Shown: positions 19,809 to 29,658 of the stretch, piece after piece
How the letters are laid out: each line of letters starts with the position of its first letter
Numbering within the stretch: position 1 is the first letter of the stretch
NCBI GenBank assembly: GCA_025058595.1
Contig: JANXEK010000001.1
Coordinates: forward strand, 16,440-80,439
Source of the DNA: Candidatus Bathyarchaeota archaeon
Lineage (GTDB): Archaea; Thermoproteota; CALKCG01; B24; DRYS01
Direction: 5' to 3'
DNA: 64,000 nucleotides
The notes under the pieces: model-generated
Told to the model about the DNA's origin: nothing
What the model saw: the letters and a program-made list of their open reading frames with translations, nothing else
Database searches by the model: none
Translations under genes and position numbers: made by a program

Positions 19809-20148
19809 AGCTAGATCGCGTCCTTCTAACTTTTACAGCCGTCCCGTACGCCGTCACGACGATAAATCCTTCCAGTATCTCTGTAGTCTCGAAATCTACC
19901 GATAGTATAGCGTTAGCACCCATATCTTCAGCCTTCCTTTTAAGATCCTCTAAAGCTTCCCTACGAGCTTTATCAAGCTCCTCTAGGTACGCCGAACCTC
20001 TACCTCCCACCATCGCTTCTATACCTGAGATAAGCCTTCCCAGCATACCTCTAGTTCTCACACTTAAACCCCATACAAGACCTAGAATCTCCTCCACCTC
20101 ATATCCTGGAATCCATTGGGTCGTAACCGCTATTACGCTACCTCCCAT
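19801..20148 (-). CDS. YbjQ/UPF0145-family protein
   Basis: A 115 aa ORF with GANAILSVDFETTEI ... GFIVVTAYGTAVKV, typical of UPF0145. Confidence 0.6.
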   Translation of the reverse strand: MGGSVIAVTTQWIPGYEVEEILGLVWGLSVRTRGMLGRLISGIEAMVGGRGSAYLEELDKARREALEDLKRKAEDMGANAILSVDFETTEILEGFIVVTAYGTAVKVRRTRSSST

Positions 20149-20303
20149 ATTATATTCGTTGAAGAGGATAGTAGATATGGTACATAAACCTTATCGTTTA
20201 GTCTTTAAGCTTAAAAGCGGTTTACCTATGCTTGTAGGCTTTGTATCGATCTAGCTCTATTACGCTTAATAGTTTTGATACGGTATAAGCCATACGAGAA
20301 TCT

Positions 20304-21524
20304 ATGAGTGAAGATATACTTAGAGAGGGGCTTAGGATAAGAAGCGTATTTAAGGATGAACGTACGTTAGATCTATCGTATATACCTCCACGTCTTCCTC
20401 ATAGAGAATCTGAATACAGGATTTTAGCTAGGGTGTTTCGCTCGATATACGATGAACCTGGAAGCATGACTTCTAAAGCTACCATCGTAGGTTCGACTGG
20501 TGTAGGTAAAACTGTTTTAGCACGTAGATTTTGCGATGATATCGAAAAGATATGTAGAGATAAAGGTATCAAGCTATACTCGATATACGTTAACGCTCAA
20601 GAATTTAGGGGAAGCCCCCATCTGATCCTTACAGAAGTATCATCGAAGATCGCGCTTAACTTACCATCAAGAGGATTCTCACCTGAAGAGATCTTATCGT
20701 TCATACTGAAGGCGTTGGAGGAAAGGGATTGCTACCTTCTTCTAGCGTTAGATGAGGTTGAAGCGTTGATATCATCCAGAGGCTTGAAACTCCTAACGAG
20801 TCTTTCGAGGTTGTACGAGATGCAAATGGGATCGAAGCAGAGGGTTCATACGATCCTCATAGTAAGGGATCCGAAGGCTTTACATAGCTTAAGTACACCG
20901 ATACTGGAAACCCTTCAAGGCTACGTACTAGATCTACACAATTATACTAAGAACGAAATCTACGATATCGTAAAATACAGGGCGGAGCTAGCGTTTAAAG
21001 GGGATGCTATATCCGATGAGGCTTTAAAACTCGTGACGGATATATGCGCATCATCGGGTAATATACGATGGGCTGTCGAACTTCTACTTAAAGCAGGGAG
21101 GTATGCTGATAGTATAGGTTCTAAGATAGTTCTACCGATCCATATACGTGCAGTTCAACAATCCGTAATATATAGTATGATACCGATCAGAGATAATCTT
21201 AGGAATCTGTCAGATCACGAGCTACTCCTCCTATTAGCCGTAGCGCGTATATCCCAATTCTCACCTGAAGAAGCATACTTTCCGACCGGGAGGGTTGAGG
21301 AAGCTTACAGAGTAGTATGCGAAGAATACGGTATGGAACCTAAGAGGCATACGCAATTCTGGAGCTACATGAAGACGTTATCTATGGCTGGGTTACTAGA
21401 GGTTAAGCCATCCACTGTAGGCTATAGAGGGAGGACTACACTTATAGGCCTACCTATCCAACCAGAACTCGTAGTTAGGTCGATAGAGGAGGAGTTATCT
21501 AGACGTAGTTTCAGGGATAGCTAG
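20304..21524 (+). CDS. cdc6: Orc1/Cdc6 replication initiator
   Basis: AAA+ Walker A GSTGVGKT, DEV box (ALDEVE), and a C-terminal winged helix. Confidence 0.9.
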   Translation: MSEDILREGLRIRSVFKDERTLDLSYIPPRLPHRESEYRILARVFRSIYDEPGSMTSKATIVGSTGVGKTVLARRFCDDIEKICRDKGIKLYSIYVNAQEFRGSPHLILTEVSSKIALNLPSRGFSPEEILSFILKALEERDCYLLLALDEVEALISSRGLKLLTSLSRLYEMQMGSKQRVHTILIVRDPKALHSLSTPILETLQGYVLDLHNYTKNEIYDIVKYRAELAFKGDAISDEALKLVTDICASSGNIRWAVELLLKAGRYADSIGSKIVLPIHIRAVQQSVIYSMIPIRDNLRNLSDHELLLLLAVARISQFSPEEAYFPTGRVEEAYRVVCEEYGMEPKRHTQFWSYMKTLSMAGLLEVKPSTVGYRGRTTLIGLPIQPELVVRSIEEELSRRSFRDS

Positions 21525-21600
21525 ATCCCATATATTGGAATCAATCTAATCTATGGATGAAACAACCGGATCTTATCTGATAGGTAAAGATGGAGAGCCT

Positions 21601-22734
21601 CTATACGAACATTCTGTAAGCTTCGTTTAGATCTAGACCTATGAGGTTCGATAAGGCTTTAAGCAGTATCCTTACAGAATGTAGATAGTCTTCTATCTCG
21701 ATCCATTCGACATTTCTATGCGATAGCCTGGGATCCCCAGGTCCGTATGCTATCGAGGAGACGTTAGTCTTAGCAGAATAGATATTCATATCGCTCGTTC
21801 CACTTTTCTTAAGGAGCCCAGGCTCTGTATTCAGCTCTGATTTTATAGCATCTTGAAAGACTTTCACCAACTGCGACTCATGCCTCTCCTCATAGGGAGG
21901 TGTAGAGTCGAAGAGTTCCATACTCAACTTGATCCTTCTATACTTGCCAATAGTCTTCAGAGCTTCCTGCTTCACGATCTCGTAGATAGATGCAGAATCG
22001 GATCCTGGGGGAAGCCTTATATCTAGGTAGCTTTCAGCTTCTGAGGGTATAACGTTAGCGGCTACACCGCCTTCAACCATCGTTAACGCTACGCTATACT
22101 TATAGAACCTGTCGTCAGATTGTGCGAGGCTTTCGACCCTCTCCTTTATACATCTATAAGCTTCGAAGATAGCTTCTAAAGGATTGTCGAATAGCCATGG
22201 CGCCGACGCATGTCCACCTATACCTTTAACCGTCATCTTCACATGCATACTACCTTTATAGCCTACGGTGATATTAGAGGTTCCGCTAGGTTCACCGAAG
22301 ACTGCGTAATCTGCTTTAACACCATCATCTATAAGCTTCGATATACCTCTACTCCCTCCTTCCTCATCCACTACGCATGCAAGTATGATCGTACCCTTGG
22401 GTTTACAGTAGGATGCTACTATGGAAGCCGATACCATAGATGCTAGAGGACCTTTAGCGTCTACAGCCCCCCTACCGTACATACGCATACCTCTAACCCT
22501 GACAGGTATATAGCCAGGTATAGTATCCATATGTCCGCATAGTAGTATCTTGGGATCGCCGCATCCTATGCTAGCTGTAACATTACCTACGGAGTCTATC
22601 CTAGCGTTTAACCCATGATCCGATAGTAGTCTATAGATGAAATCCGCTAACTCACCTTCAGAGCCTGTAGGTGAGTATATTTCGAGCATACGAGAGAGGG
22701 TATCTATAGCTTCTCTACGAGTATAGACGCACAT
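21601..22734 (-). CDS. lysK: M20-family deacylase, LysK/ArgE-like ([LysW]-lysine/ornithine hydrolase)
   Basis: M20 metal-binding motifs (GHMDT, GAVDAKG, EEGGS). It lies downstream of lysW-lysZ. Confidence 0.7.
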   Translation of the reverse strand: MCVYTRREAIDTLSRMLEIYSPTGSEGELADFIYRLLSDHGLNARIDSVGNVTASIGCGDPKILLCGHMDTIPGYIPVRVRGMRMYGRGAVDAKGPLASMVSASIVASYCKPKGTIILACVVDEEGGSRGISKLIDDGVKADYAVFGEPSGTSNITVGYKGSMHVKMTVKGIGGHASAPWLFDNPLEAIFEAYRCIKERVESLAQSDDRFYKYSVALTMVEGGVAANVIPSEAESYLDIRLPPGSDSASIYEIVKQEALKTIGKYRRIKLSMELFDSTPPYEERHESQLVKVFQDAIKSELNTEPGLLKKSGTSDMNIYSAKTNVSSIAYGPGDPRLSHRNVEWIEIEDYLHSVRILLKALSNLIGLDLNEAYRMFV

Positions 22735-22762
22735 AAATCACGCATCTCTCTAACCTAACGGT

Positions 22763-23605
22763 TCATCTCTCTATTACGGTTCCCGCTATACCTTCTAGAG
22801 CTTTAACGAGCGGGGATTCACCCCTACCCGAACATATATGTACCTTCTTAACACCCATAGCTAAAGCTTCTGTGGAGGCATAGATCTTGGTTATCATGCC
22901 TGGACCTATATCCTTGAGAACCTTCTTTGCTTCATCTAGGTTTAACCTAGGAACAGGTTTACCTTTAACGTATAGCGCATCTACATCTGTCGTAAGTATA
23001 AGGATATCTGCTTTCATAGCTCCAGCTATATATGCCGCAGCTCTATCTCCATCTACGTTAAGCATCTCGCCTTCCGTTCCTAGAGCTATAGGAGCAACTA
23101 CAGGTAGATAGCCTAGCTCTAATAGATCATCTAGAAGCTTAGCATTCACGGAGACTATCCTCCCGGTATATCCTCCTTCTATAACCCTCTTACGCCCCCT
23201 CTCATCGATTATCACTAGCTTCTTCTTCCTCTCCGCTTTCAGTATCCCTCCATCAACGCCTGAAAGCCCTATAGCGTTCAGCCCCCTCCTTTTTAGATAT
23301 GCTACGAGTTCTTTGTTAACCTTACCGGCCATAACCATGATGTATATCTCTAGAGTCTCGAGATCCGTATACCTGCTCCTAAATCCTTCAGGCGACGTTA
23401 CGAAGATAGGTTTCTTCCCCATACGTTCGCATACACGTGTAACATCCCTCCCTCCTCCATGAACTATAACTAAGCTATGACTGGAAGCTATCTTCTCTAT
23501 ATCTGAAGCCAACTCAGTCTCTTCGACATCCTCAGCTAGCAAGCTTCCCCCTATCTTCAATACGATCTTCAAGCAAGCTTCCTCCACCGCTTCTATTCTC
23601 CCCAA
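22763..23605 (-). CDS. lysZ: LysZ/ArgB amino-acid kinase ([LysW]-aminoadipate/glutamate kinase)
   Basis: KIGGSLL, VHGGG, GYTGRIVSVN, and an overall similarity pattern to Sulfolobus/Thermus LysZ. Confidence 0.75.
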   Translation of the reverse strand: MGRIEAVEEACLKIVLKIGGSLLAEDVEETELASDIEKIASSHSLVIVHGGGRDVTRVCERMGKKPIFVTSPEGFRSRYTDLETLEIYIMVMAGKVNKELVAYLKRRGLNAIGLSGVDGGILKAERKKKLVIIDERGRKRVIEGGYTGRIVSVNAKLLDDLLELGYLPVVAPIALGTEGEMLNVDGDRAAAYIAGAMKADILILTTDVDALYVKGKPVPRLNLDEAKKVLKDIGPGMITKIYASTEALAMGVKKVHICSGRGESPLVKALEGIAGTVIER

Positions 23606-23766
23606 TCCTCGCCCTCTATCTCTACAGGCTTAAGTTCTACGCCCCCCTCATCCTTTAGGTATACCTCAAACTCCGACCCGCAATCTGGACATGGAACTAT
23701 CTCTCCTGGAACCGCATCATCGGGTATCGGTATATCCCCATCGCATTCAGGACATTTAACCCGCAT
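23593..23766 (-). CDS. lysW: LysW alpha-aminoadipate/glutamate carrier protein (57 aa, not in supplied ORF track)
   Basis: Hand translation gives MRVKCPECDGDIPIPDDAVPGEIVPCPDCGSEFEVYLKDEGGVELKPVEIEGEDWGE: an N-terminal zinc ribbon and the hallmark C-terminal EDWGE. Confidence 0.8.
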   Translation of the reverse strand: MRVKCPECDGDIPIPDDAVPGEIVPCPDCGSEFEVYLKDEGGVELKPVEIEGEDWGE

Positions 23767-23769
23767 AAC

Positions 23770-25017
23770 CTAACAACCCCCATATACGCATCTACCAGAT
23801 ATCTTTTTCGGGTGAAACTTACGAGAAAGTATCGTAGGTAAACCCCATAGAGTTATGAATCCTTCAGCCCACTTCTGATCGAACGTACTACTACCGCTAT
23901 ATCTCGCAAGTTCCTCATCGTATAGGCTATACTCCGATCTCCTCGATAAGATCGTTAGAGACCCCCTATACATCCTGAGAGTGATCTCACCACAAACCCT
24001 CTCCTCGATCACATCTATGAACGCATCTAGAGCCTCCCTTAAGGGCTCCATCCATAACCCTGTATATACTAGGTTGCTCCACTCAGCATCTACATACTCT
24101 TTGAACTTTAACTCACGCCCCGTCAATACGAGCTTCTCCAAATCCTTATGCGCTTTAAGTATGCATGTAGCTGCCGGAGCTTCGTAAACCTCACGGGTCT
24201 TTATACCTACAGTCCTCTCCTCTATATGATCGATACGCCCGATACCGTGTAACCCTGCTAAACTGTTCAACGAGGATATCAGCTTCACTCCATCCATCAC
24301 CTCACCGTTTAAAGCTACAGGTATACCATTCTCAAACCTTATAGAAACCTCTTCAGGTTTATCTGGAGCTTTCCATGGGAGGATAGTCCACTCGAACGCA
24401 TCTTCAGGAGGATGAGATGATATATCCTCCAACGGACCGCATTCGACCGATCTACCCCATAGATTCACATCTATGCTATACTTCTCCCTCTTAGGTTTTA
24501 TAGGTATACCATGTTTTAGCGCGTAATCCACCTCCCAGCTTCTATTGAACCCCCAATCCCTTACCGGAGCTAAGATTTTAAGATTAGGCGCCAGGGATTT
24601 TATCGTAATCTCGAATCTCAGCTGATCGTTACCTTTACCGGTGCATCCATGAGCGATAGCATCTGCTCCCTCCTCTAAAGCTATATGGACGCATTTAGAT
24701 GCGATCAACGGCCTCGATAAAGCGCTACTAAGAGGATATTCACCTTGATACAAACCGTTCGCTTTAACCGATCTGAATACATACCCTTCGACGAACTCCT
24801 TCTTACAATCCAACGTGTAATGCTTAACTACTCCGAGCTTCTCTGCTTTAGCTTCTATATCCTTAAAATCTTCGTTTTGACCTACATCGACCGTTACCGT
24901 TATAACCTCTACACCATACCTTTCTCTAAGCCATACCGCAGCTACAGATGTATCTAGCCCACCTGAAAAGGCTAATACCACCCTACCTATATCCTTTGAG
25001 GATTCTTCAGCGGTCAT
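23770..25017 (-). CDS. argG: argininosuccinate synthase
   Basis: N-type ATP-PPase motif AFSGGLDTS and length ~415 aa. Confidence 0.85.
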   Translation of the reverse strand: MTAEESSKDIGRVVLAFSGGLDTSVAAVWLRERYGVEVITVTVDVGQNEDFKDIEAKAEKLGVVKHYTLDCKKEFVEGYVFRSVKANGLYQGEYPLSSALSRPLIASKCVHIALEEGADAIAHGCTGKGNDQLRFEITIKSLAPNLKILAPVRDWGFNRSWEVDYALKHGIPIKPKREKYSIDVNLWGRSVECGPLEDISSHPPEDAFEWTILPWKAPDKPEEVSIRFENGIPVALNGEVMDGVKLISSLNSLAGLHGIGRIDHIEERTVGIKTREVYEAPAATCILKAHKDLEKLVLTGRELKFKEYVDAEWSNLVYTGLWMEPLREALDAFIDVIEERVCGEITLRMYRGSLTILSRRSEYSLYDEELARYSGSSTFDQKWAEGFITLWGLPTILSRKFHPKKISGRCVYGGC

Positions 25018-25112
25018 ACCTAAACTTCTCCGTAAATCTTAGCTGATAGTATAAAGATTTGCGGAACACTCATTTAAACATTATCCATGTTTGAATACAA
25101 CTCAAACCCTAA

Positions 25113-25517
25113 CTATTCCTCCGACAGCTTCTCTCTAAGGTATTCGGAGAAATCCTTCACCTCACCTTTCTTAGCTACGTAGATCCTGCTAGGAAGCCTC
25201 ACCCTTAGACCTATATTCAACAGGATGCTGTATAGGGTTGTAGCATCTAGAGGTGTAGGTATAGCTCCATTCTTCATAGCTTTAGCTAACGCTTCGACTA
25301 CGATTCTATACACTCTACCTGGATACTGCTGTTTGAAACATTCGAATACTTCTACGGCTTTACCTTCGAGATTACTCTCTACATACCTCTCCGGATCTAA
25401 CTTCTGCTCAGACTGCTCACCTCTATCCGATACGATCTTCTTCTGAAGCTTAGCTAACATACGCTTCTTTATACTTTCAAGCTCGGTATCCACCGGTTCA
25501 CTCAAGGCTTCAATCAA
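25113..25517 (-). CDS. hypothetical protein with charged/coiled-coil N-terminus
   Basis: ORF only; no motif recognised. Confidence 0.3.
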   Translation of the reverse strand: MIEALSEPVDTELESIKKRMLAKLQKKIVSDRGEQSEQKLDPERYVESNLEGKAVEVFECFKQQYPGRVYRIVVEALAKAMKNGAIPTPLDATTLYSILLNIGLRVRLPSRIYVAKKGEVKDFSEYLREKLSEE

Positions 25518-25870
25518 AGGTAAGATGGGTAGTAGCGACCTCTTTAAACATTACTCGAGAGACGATACCTTTACGATCGAAACCTATGTGGTATCCTGTT
25601 TCGACGGCTCGGACTACCATCTCGTCTTAGGATAGCATACCTGGTGATGATAGATATACACATTGAGGGGAGAGTTACCTATGGATTCTTAGGTGGTTAT
25701 TAATGGCTAAGGTATGGAAATATTCATGGTCGAACCCCTAGGAGGGGGTGGTCCTCACTTTTCGTTTCCTTTAGAACTTTCGAATCTAGATAAACCTGAA
25801 GGATATCACTGGGTTTAGGTAGATAACGCTTATCTAGGATCTAGGAGTAATAAGGATATCAGACGCGAAG

Positions 25871-26227
25871 ATGGCTAGAAAGAATAGGGAGCCTCTCGAG
25901 GAGAGAGCGTTAGAGATAATAAGAAGCTCAGAGGATGGTATACTTCAAAGCGATCTATGTAGGAAGCTGGAGGTATCTAGTAAGGAAGGAGCTAGGATAG
26001 TTTCGAATCTAGAGAGGAAAGGGTTGATACGTAGAGAGCGTATCCTACATTCGAGTAGATGGACGTATAAGCTTATAATCGTCGATAACGAATCAAGCTA
26101 TACATCCATAGAGTATGCACCATGTATACTATGCGAGAAAGATTCGTTATGCGGCGTCGGAGGAGATACATCGCATCTGAAATGTCGGCTTCTAGAGGAG
26201 TGGGTACTTAACCAGAGGATGGAGTGA
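25871..26227 (+). CDS. winged-HTH transcriptional regulator with C-terminal Cys cluster
   Basis: MarR/TrmB-like wHTH (LQSDLCRKLEVSSKEGARIVSNLERKGLI) followed by C-x2-C-x5-C ... C. It is preceded by a 350-nt non-coding region. Confidence 0.45.
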   Translation: MARKNREPLEERALEIIRSSEDGILQSDLCRKLEVSSKEGARIVSNLERKGLIRRERILHSSRWTYKLIIVDNESSYTSIEYAPCILCEKDSLCGVGGDTSHLKCRLLEEWVLNQRME

Positions 26228-26260
26228 TGATAGGGTATTAGATGCTCATTCTTCGCCGAG

Positions 26261-27469
26261 TTACTGTAACCGTCTCCTCAACACTTCTATTAGGTGCGAT
26301 GAATCCATATCTGTTTTGAAGCCTTTAGGATCGAAATGTGTTCTAGAGAATCGGTAGCCTTCTCCATCGATTATATCCTTAACTTTCTCGATACTCGGGG
26401 TTTTCACCTTAAGCTTTGAAGCTATCTGATCTACTGTATAGTATGTCGGAGGCATAGATGCTTCACACACTAGAGACGATAGAAGCTTCTTAGCGTAACC
26501 CCTATCAGTTATACTTGTATGCTCAACTTCTTCGATCATACTCATACATAAGCTCGGTTCAGCTAACCTACCGATCCATAGAGGCCCTATAAAGCTTAAA
26601 ATCGAACCGCATAGGGGGCATAGGATTCGGGAAGGATCGTTATATTCGGTTACATCTATCAACGATACACCTCTCCTGTAGATACACATCCTGCAATACA
26701 ATATAAACCCTATATCATCCAGAGTCTTCTCGGCTCTATGAACGCCAGGTTCTACCTTCATATAGCATCTGAAATAATGCATCTCCCTATAAGCTAATAG
26801 ATTCTCCAGCCCTAAATCATACGTTAACCCTACTCTCGCTATGTATCCTACCAGTATCCTTAACCCAACCTCATGGTAAAACTCCGTCTTTAGAGATATA
26901 GCTCCATATCTCCTGAGACAAGTTCTAGGGTAGACTCCTGAAGTAGGCGCCGTATCGGTGGCAGTAGCCGCTAGAATCCCTTTGCTACGCACAGCCATGA
27001 CGGCGTTATGTATATACCCAGCTGGAGATCCGAAGGGGTCTATATCTACGATATGGAATCGTTCTCCTCTAGAAGCATGATCTGCTAACAAACTATTCGC
27101 GTCACGATTCTCTATAGTCACTTTATCGGATACACCGTTTATCCTGGCGTTGATAGAGATGAGCTTCACAGCTTCTCTATTTATATCGTTCGAAACTAGA
27201 TGACCGACTCTTGAAGACTCTATAAGGTATCTAAAACCTCTCACACCTGATCCTGCTAACGCGTCGCATACGTTTAACCCTTCCACCGGTAGATCTCTGT
27301 ATGTTTTGATGAACAGTACTCCTATATCGCGGCTCCTCGCCATCATAGGGTTGTAGAATACGGGGGTTTTAGGAGGTACACTACTTTTCAAGGATTCCGC
27401 TGGTACGATTAACCTAACGCCTCCTTCTACGATTTCCACTACAGGGTATCCAAGGTAGGGGTGTATCAA
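26261..27469 (-). CDS. trm1: tRNA (guanine26-N2)-dimethyltransferase Trm1
   Basis: Rossmann MTase core, a C-terminal Cys4 cluster (CRMCIYRRG ... CPLCGS), and the conserved position after fibrillarin. Confidence 0.75.
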   Translation of the reverse strand: MIHPYLGYPVVEIVEGGVRLIVPAESLKSSVPPKTPVFYNPMMARSRDIGVLFIKTYRDLPVEGLNVCDALAGSGVRGFRYLIESSRVGHLVSNDINREAVKLISINARINGVSDKVTIENRDANSLLADHASRGERFHIVDIDPFGSPAGYIHNAVMAVRSKGILAATATDTAPTSGVYPRTCLRRYGAISLKTEFYHEVGLRILVGYIARVGLTYDLGLENLLAYREMHYFRCYMKVEPGVHRAEKTLDDIGFILYCRMCIYRRGVSLIDVTEYNDPSRILCPLCGSILSFIGPLWIGRLAEPSLCMSMIEEVEHTSITDRGYAKKLLSSLVCEASMPPTYYTVDQIASKLKVKTPSIEKVKDIIDGEGYRFSRTHFDPKGFKTDMDSSHLIEVLRRRLQ

Positions 27470-28173
27470 GGTTTATAGGTAGCGTACACCATAACATGAT
27501 CTTTATGATATGGCTCTATATTTACAATGTTACGTATCTTAAACCCTCTTTCTCTAAGAACATTAACCTCTCTATCGTATATCTCTCTAGGAGCTTTCTT
27601 CACATCTATACTCCTAGCTTTAACGGCTAACAGTATGAACCCGCCTTCTTTAAGGTAGAATTCAGCGTTATCCGCTAACACCTTAGCCTGTTCTGGTTGA
27701 GCTATATCGCAGTATATTCCGTCAACCTCATCTACTATGAAACGGTACCCTTCAGGTAGACGAGCATCCATCAATATCGGCACCATATTCCTTCGGTATC
27801 TAGCTACGTTGATTATAAGCTCTCTAAGAGCCCTAGCTGAGAATTCTACGCAATACACTATACCTTCATCACCGACTATATCCGATACATGACTCGAAGT
27901 TGTCCCTGTTGCCGCACCTAGGTATAGAATACGAAACCCTCTACCTATCGGCAGCTTGTTAATTCCCTTCAATATAGCGGCTGAGAATTTACTCCTATAC
28001 GGATCCCAAACTCTATACTCTACCTTTTCGTATGTTATAAGCTTCTCACCGTAAACTTGCCTCCCAGGTGTAAGATTACGTGTAGCTATCCTAGCTGGTT
28101 TCAACCCTTGAACTCTATAGACACCTTCTATCTCTTTAAAAGGCTCAATCCTCACCATGACCTCTCCCGTCAT
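27466..28173 (-). CDS. flpA: fibrillarin (rRNA/tRNA 2'-O-methyltransferase)
   Basis: ILYLGAATGTTSSHVSD SAM-binding motif and the conserved nop5-flpA arrangement. Confidence 0.85.
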   Translation of the reverse strand: MTGEVMVRIEPFKEIEGVYRVQGLKPARIATRNLTPGRQVYGEKLITYEKVEYRVWDPYRSKFSAAILKGINKLPIGRGFRILYLGAATGTTSSHVSDIVGDEGIVYCVEFSARALRELIINVARYRRNMVPILMDARLPEGYRFIVDEVDGIYCDIAQPEQAKVLADNAEFYLKEGGFILLAVKARSIDVKKAPREIYDREVNVLRERGFKIRNIVNIEPYHKDHVMVYATYKP

Positions 28174-28407
28174 CTAAAGACTGTAGATAGCTCTACGTTT
28201 AAACATTATCTTCTGAACTCATATTCTGGAAGATCACCGTCCGAACTACAAGGATTCAACCTTCCAGGTAGTACGACCACTCAGCTAAGTATACCTAGCT
28301 ATCCGTATGATTCCAGGTTGCCAGCCGATAAGTATTTTAGCGGATAATAGTATGGAACTAGATGGCTTCAGAAGCCATATTTCCTGGTACTATATGCTTG
28401 ATATGTT

Positions 28408-29559
28408 CTAGCTTTTCTCCATATACATAGATCTGATTTCTTTTATCCTTTCAGCTAATTCTTCCCTAAGCTTTTCGCTTATATCTTCTTTTGTATAGTA
28501 ATCTATCCTCGCAGCTATAGCTAGCTTAGCTGCCAGAGTTCTCGCTATCTTACCACGTATACTTTTAGGAGCCTGATGAATCAGCGTATGCTGGAATATT
28601 ATCCCATGTTTAGGAGGCTTCCCCCCGCTTCTGATAGCTCTAAATAACGCTTTCTCAGCTCCTAGAACCTGTATCGTACTAGCAGGCATCTTCGCAAGTT
28701 TCTCCAGGCCTCCAGCTTTAGCTATAAGTTTAGCCCCGATAACCGGTCCGACTAATCCTGTCAGGTTTGGGGCTTCCCTACGTATACAATCCTCTAGATA
28801 GTCTACCAGTTTCTCTCTAAAGGCTGTAAGTTGAAGTATATTGTATGCTAACTCTGCTATCTGCTTTAAATCCTTCTCATCCATTTCCCCGCCTATAGAG
28901 CTCTTAGCAGCTTCCGCTATATCTCTAGCCTTAGATCTAGGGATTTTAAGTTCGGATAGCTTCTCTTCGGTGAACTCTCCTCTATCTCCGATCATGTATA
29001 CAAGCTTCGCGTAGGCTTCGACATCATCAACCATCCTTTCAAGCTCTGGGAAGTATACTCCATACCATTCTCTAAGCCTACTCCAGAGTACGTTCACTAT
29101 TTCTGCTAAATCTTCGATAGCGGATACGCATTGTATTATCAGTAGATCTCTAGATGCTAAGGCTTCTGATACCGATTTCTCTGCAAGTAGCGATCCAACC
29201 AGCCTCTTAACATCCATATACTCTTCAGAATCTTTGATCCAACCAGCCTCTTTAAGTATCTCGACGGATCTCCTAGCGTATATCCTCCATACAAGGCTAG
29301 CCTTCTCTACCACCACGTTGAAATCGAATTTCTCTCTTAACGTAGAAGCTATAACATCCGATAAGACCTTCAACACAGTTATCTTACCCTTCCACCTATC
29401 GAGAAGATTTTCAAGCCTATCTACGGCTTCACCTCGAGCTATACGTTTAAGCCTATCTATAGCTTCCTCGATATCCTGAAATTTTTCACCATCGATGAAC
29501 CTACCCTCATCATCTAGCAGTATTATTCCTAAAGGTGTTTCGATGAGTGTAGCCTCCAT
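28408..29559 (-). CDS. nop5: Nop5/Nop56 C/D box snoRNP protein
   Basis: Coiled-coil followed by a Nop domain (GPVIGAKLIAKAGGLEKLAKMPASTIQVLGAEKALF). Confidence 0.85.
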   Translation of the reverse strand: MEATLIETPLGIILLDDEGRFIDGEKFQDIEEAIDRLKRIARGEAVDRLENLLDRWKGKITVLKVLSDVIASTLREKFDFNVVVEKASLVWRIYARRSVEILKEAGWIKDSEEYMDVKRLVGSLLAEKSVSEALASRDLLIIQCVSAIEDLAEIVNVLWSRLREWYGVYFPELERMVDDVEAYAKLVYMIGDRGEFTEEKLSELKIPRSKARDIAEAAKSSIGGEMDEKDLKQIAELAYNILQLTAFREKLVDYLEDCIRREAPNLTGLVGPVIGAKLIAKAGGLEKLAKMPASTIQVLGAEKALFRAIRSGGKPPKHGIIFQHTLIHQAPKSIRGKIARTLAAKLAIAARIDYYTKEDISEKLREELAERIKEIRSMYMEKS

Positions 29560-29658
29560 ATAGCTTCACTCCCACCAACTAATAGATGAAAGTAACGCTT
29601 AAAAGAAGTTTACCCTAGATTTACGTTCTAAATAGCCGTATACCGAGGTATACATTAC

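Noticed and set aside
25640-25700. C/D box sRNA in the 25.5-25.9 kb gap (GTGATGA C-box-like motif)
   Set aside because: No correctly spaced D' / C' / D (CTGA) boxes follow, so the motif alone is insufficient.
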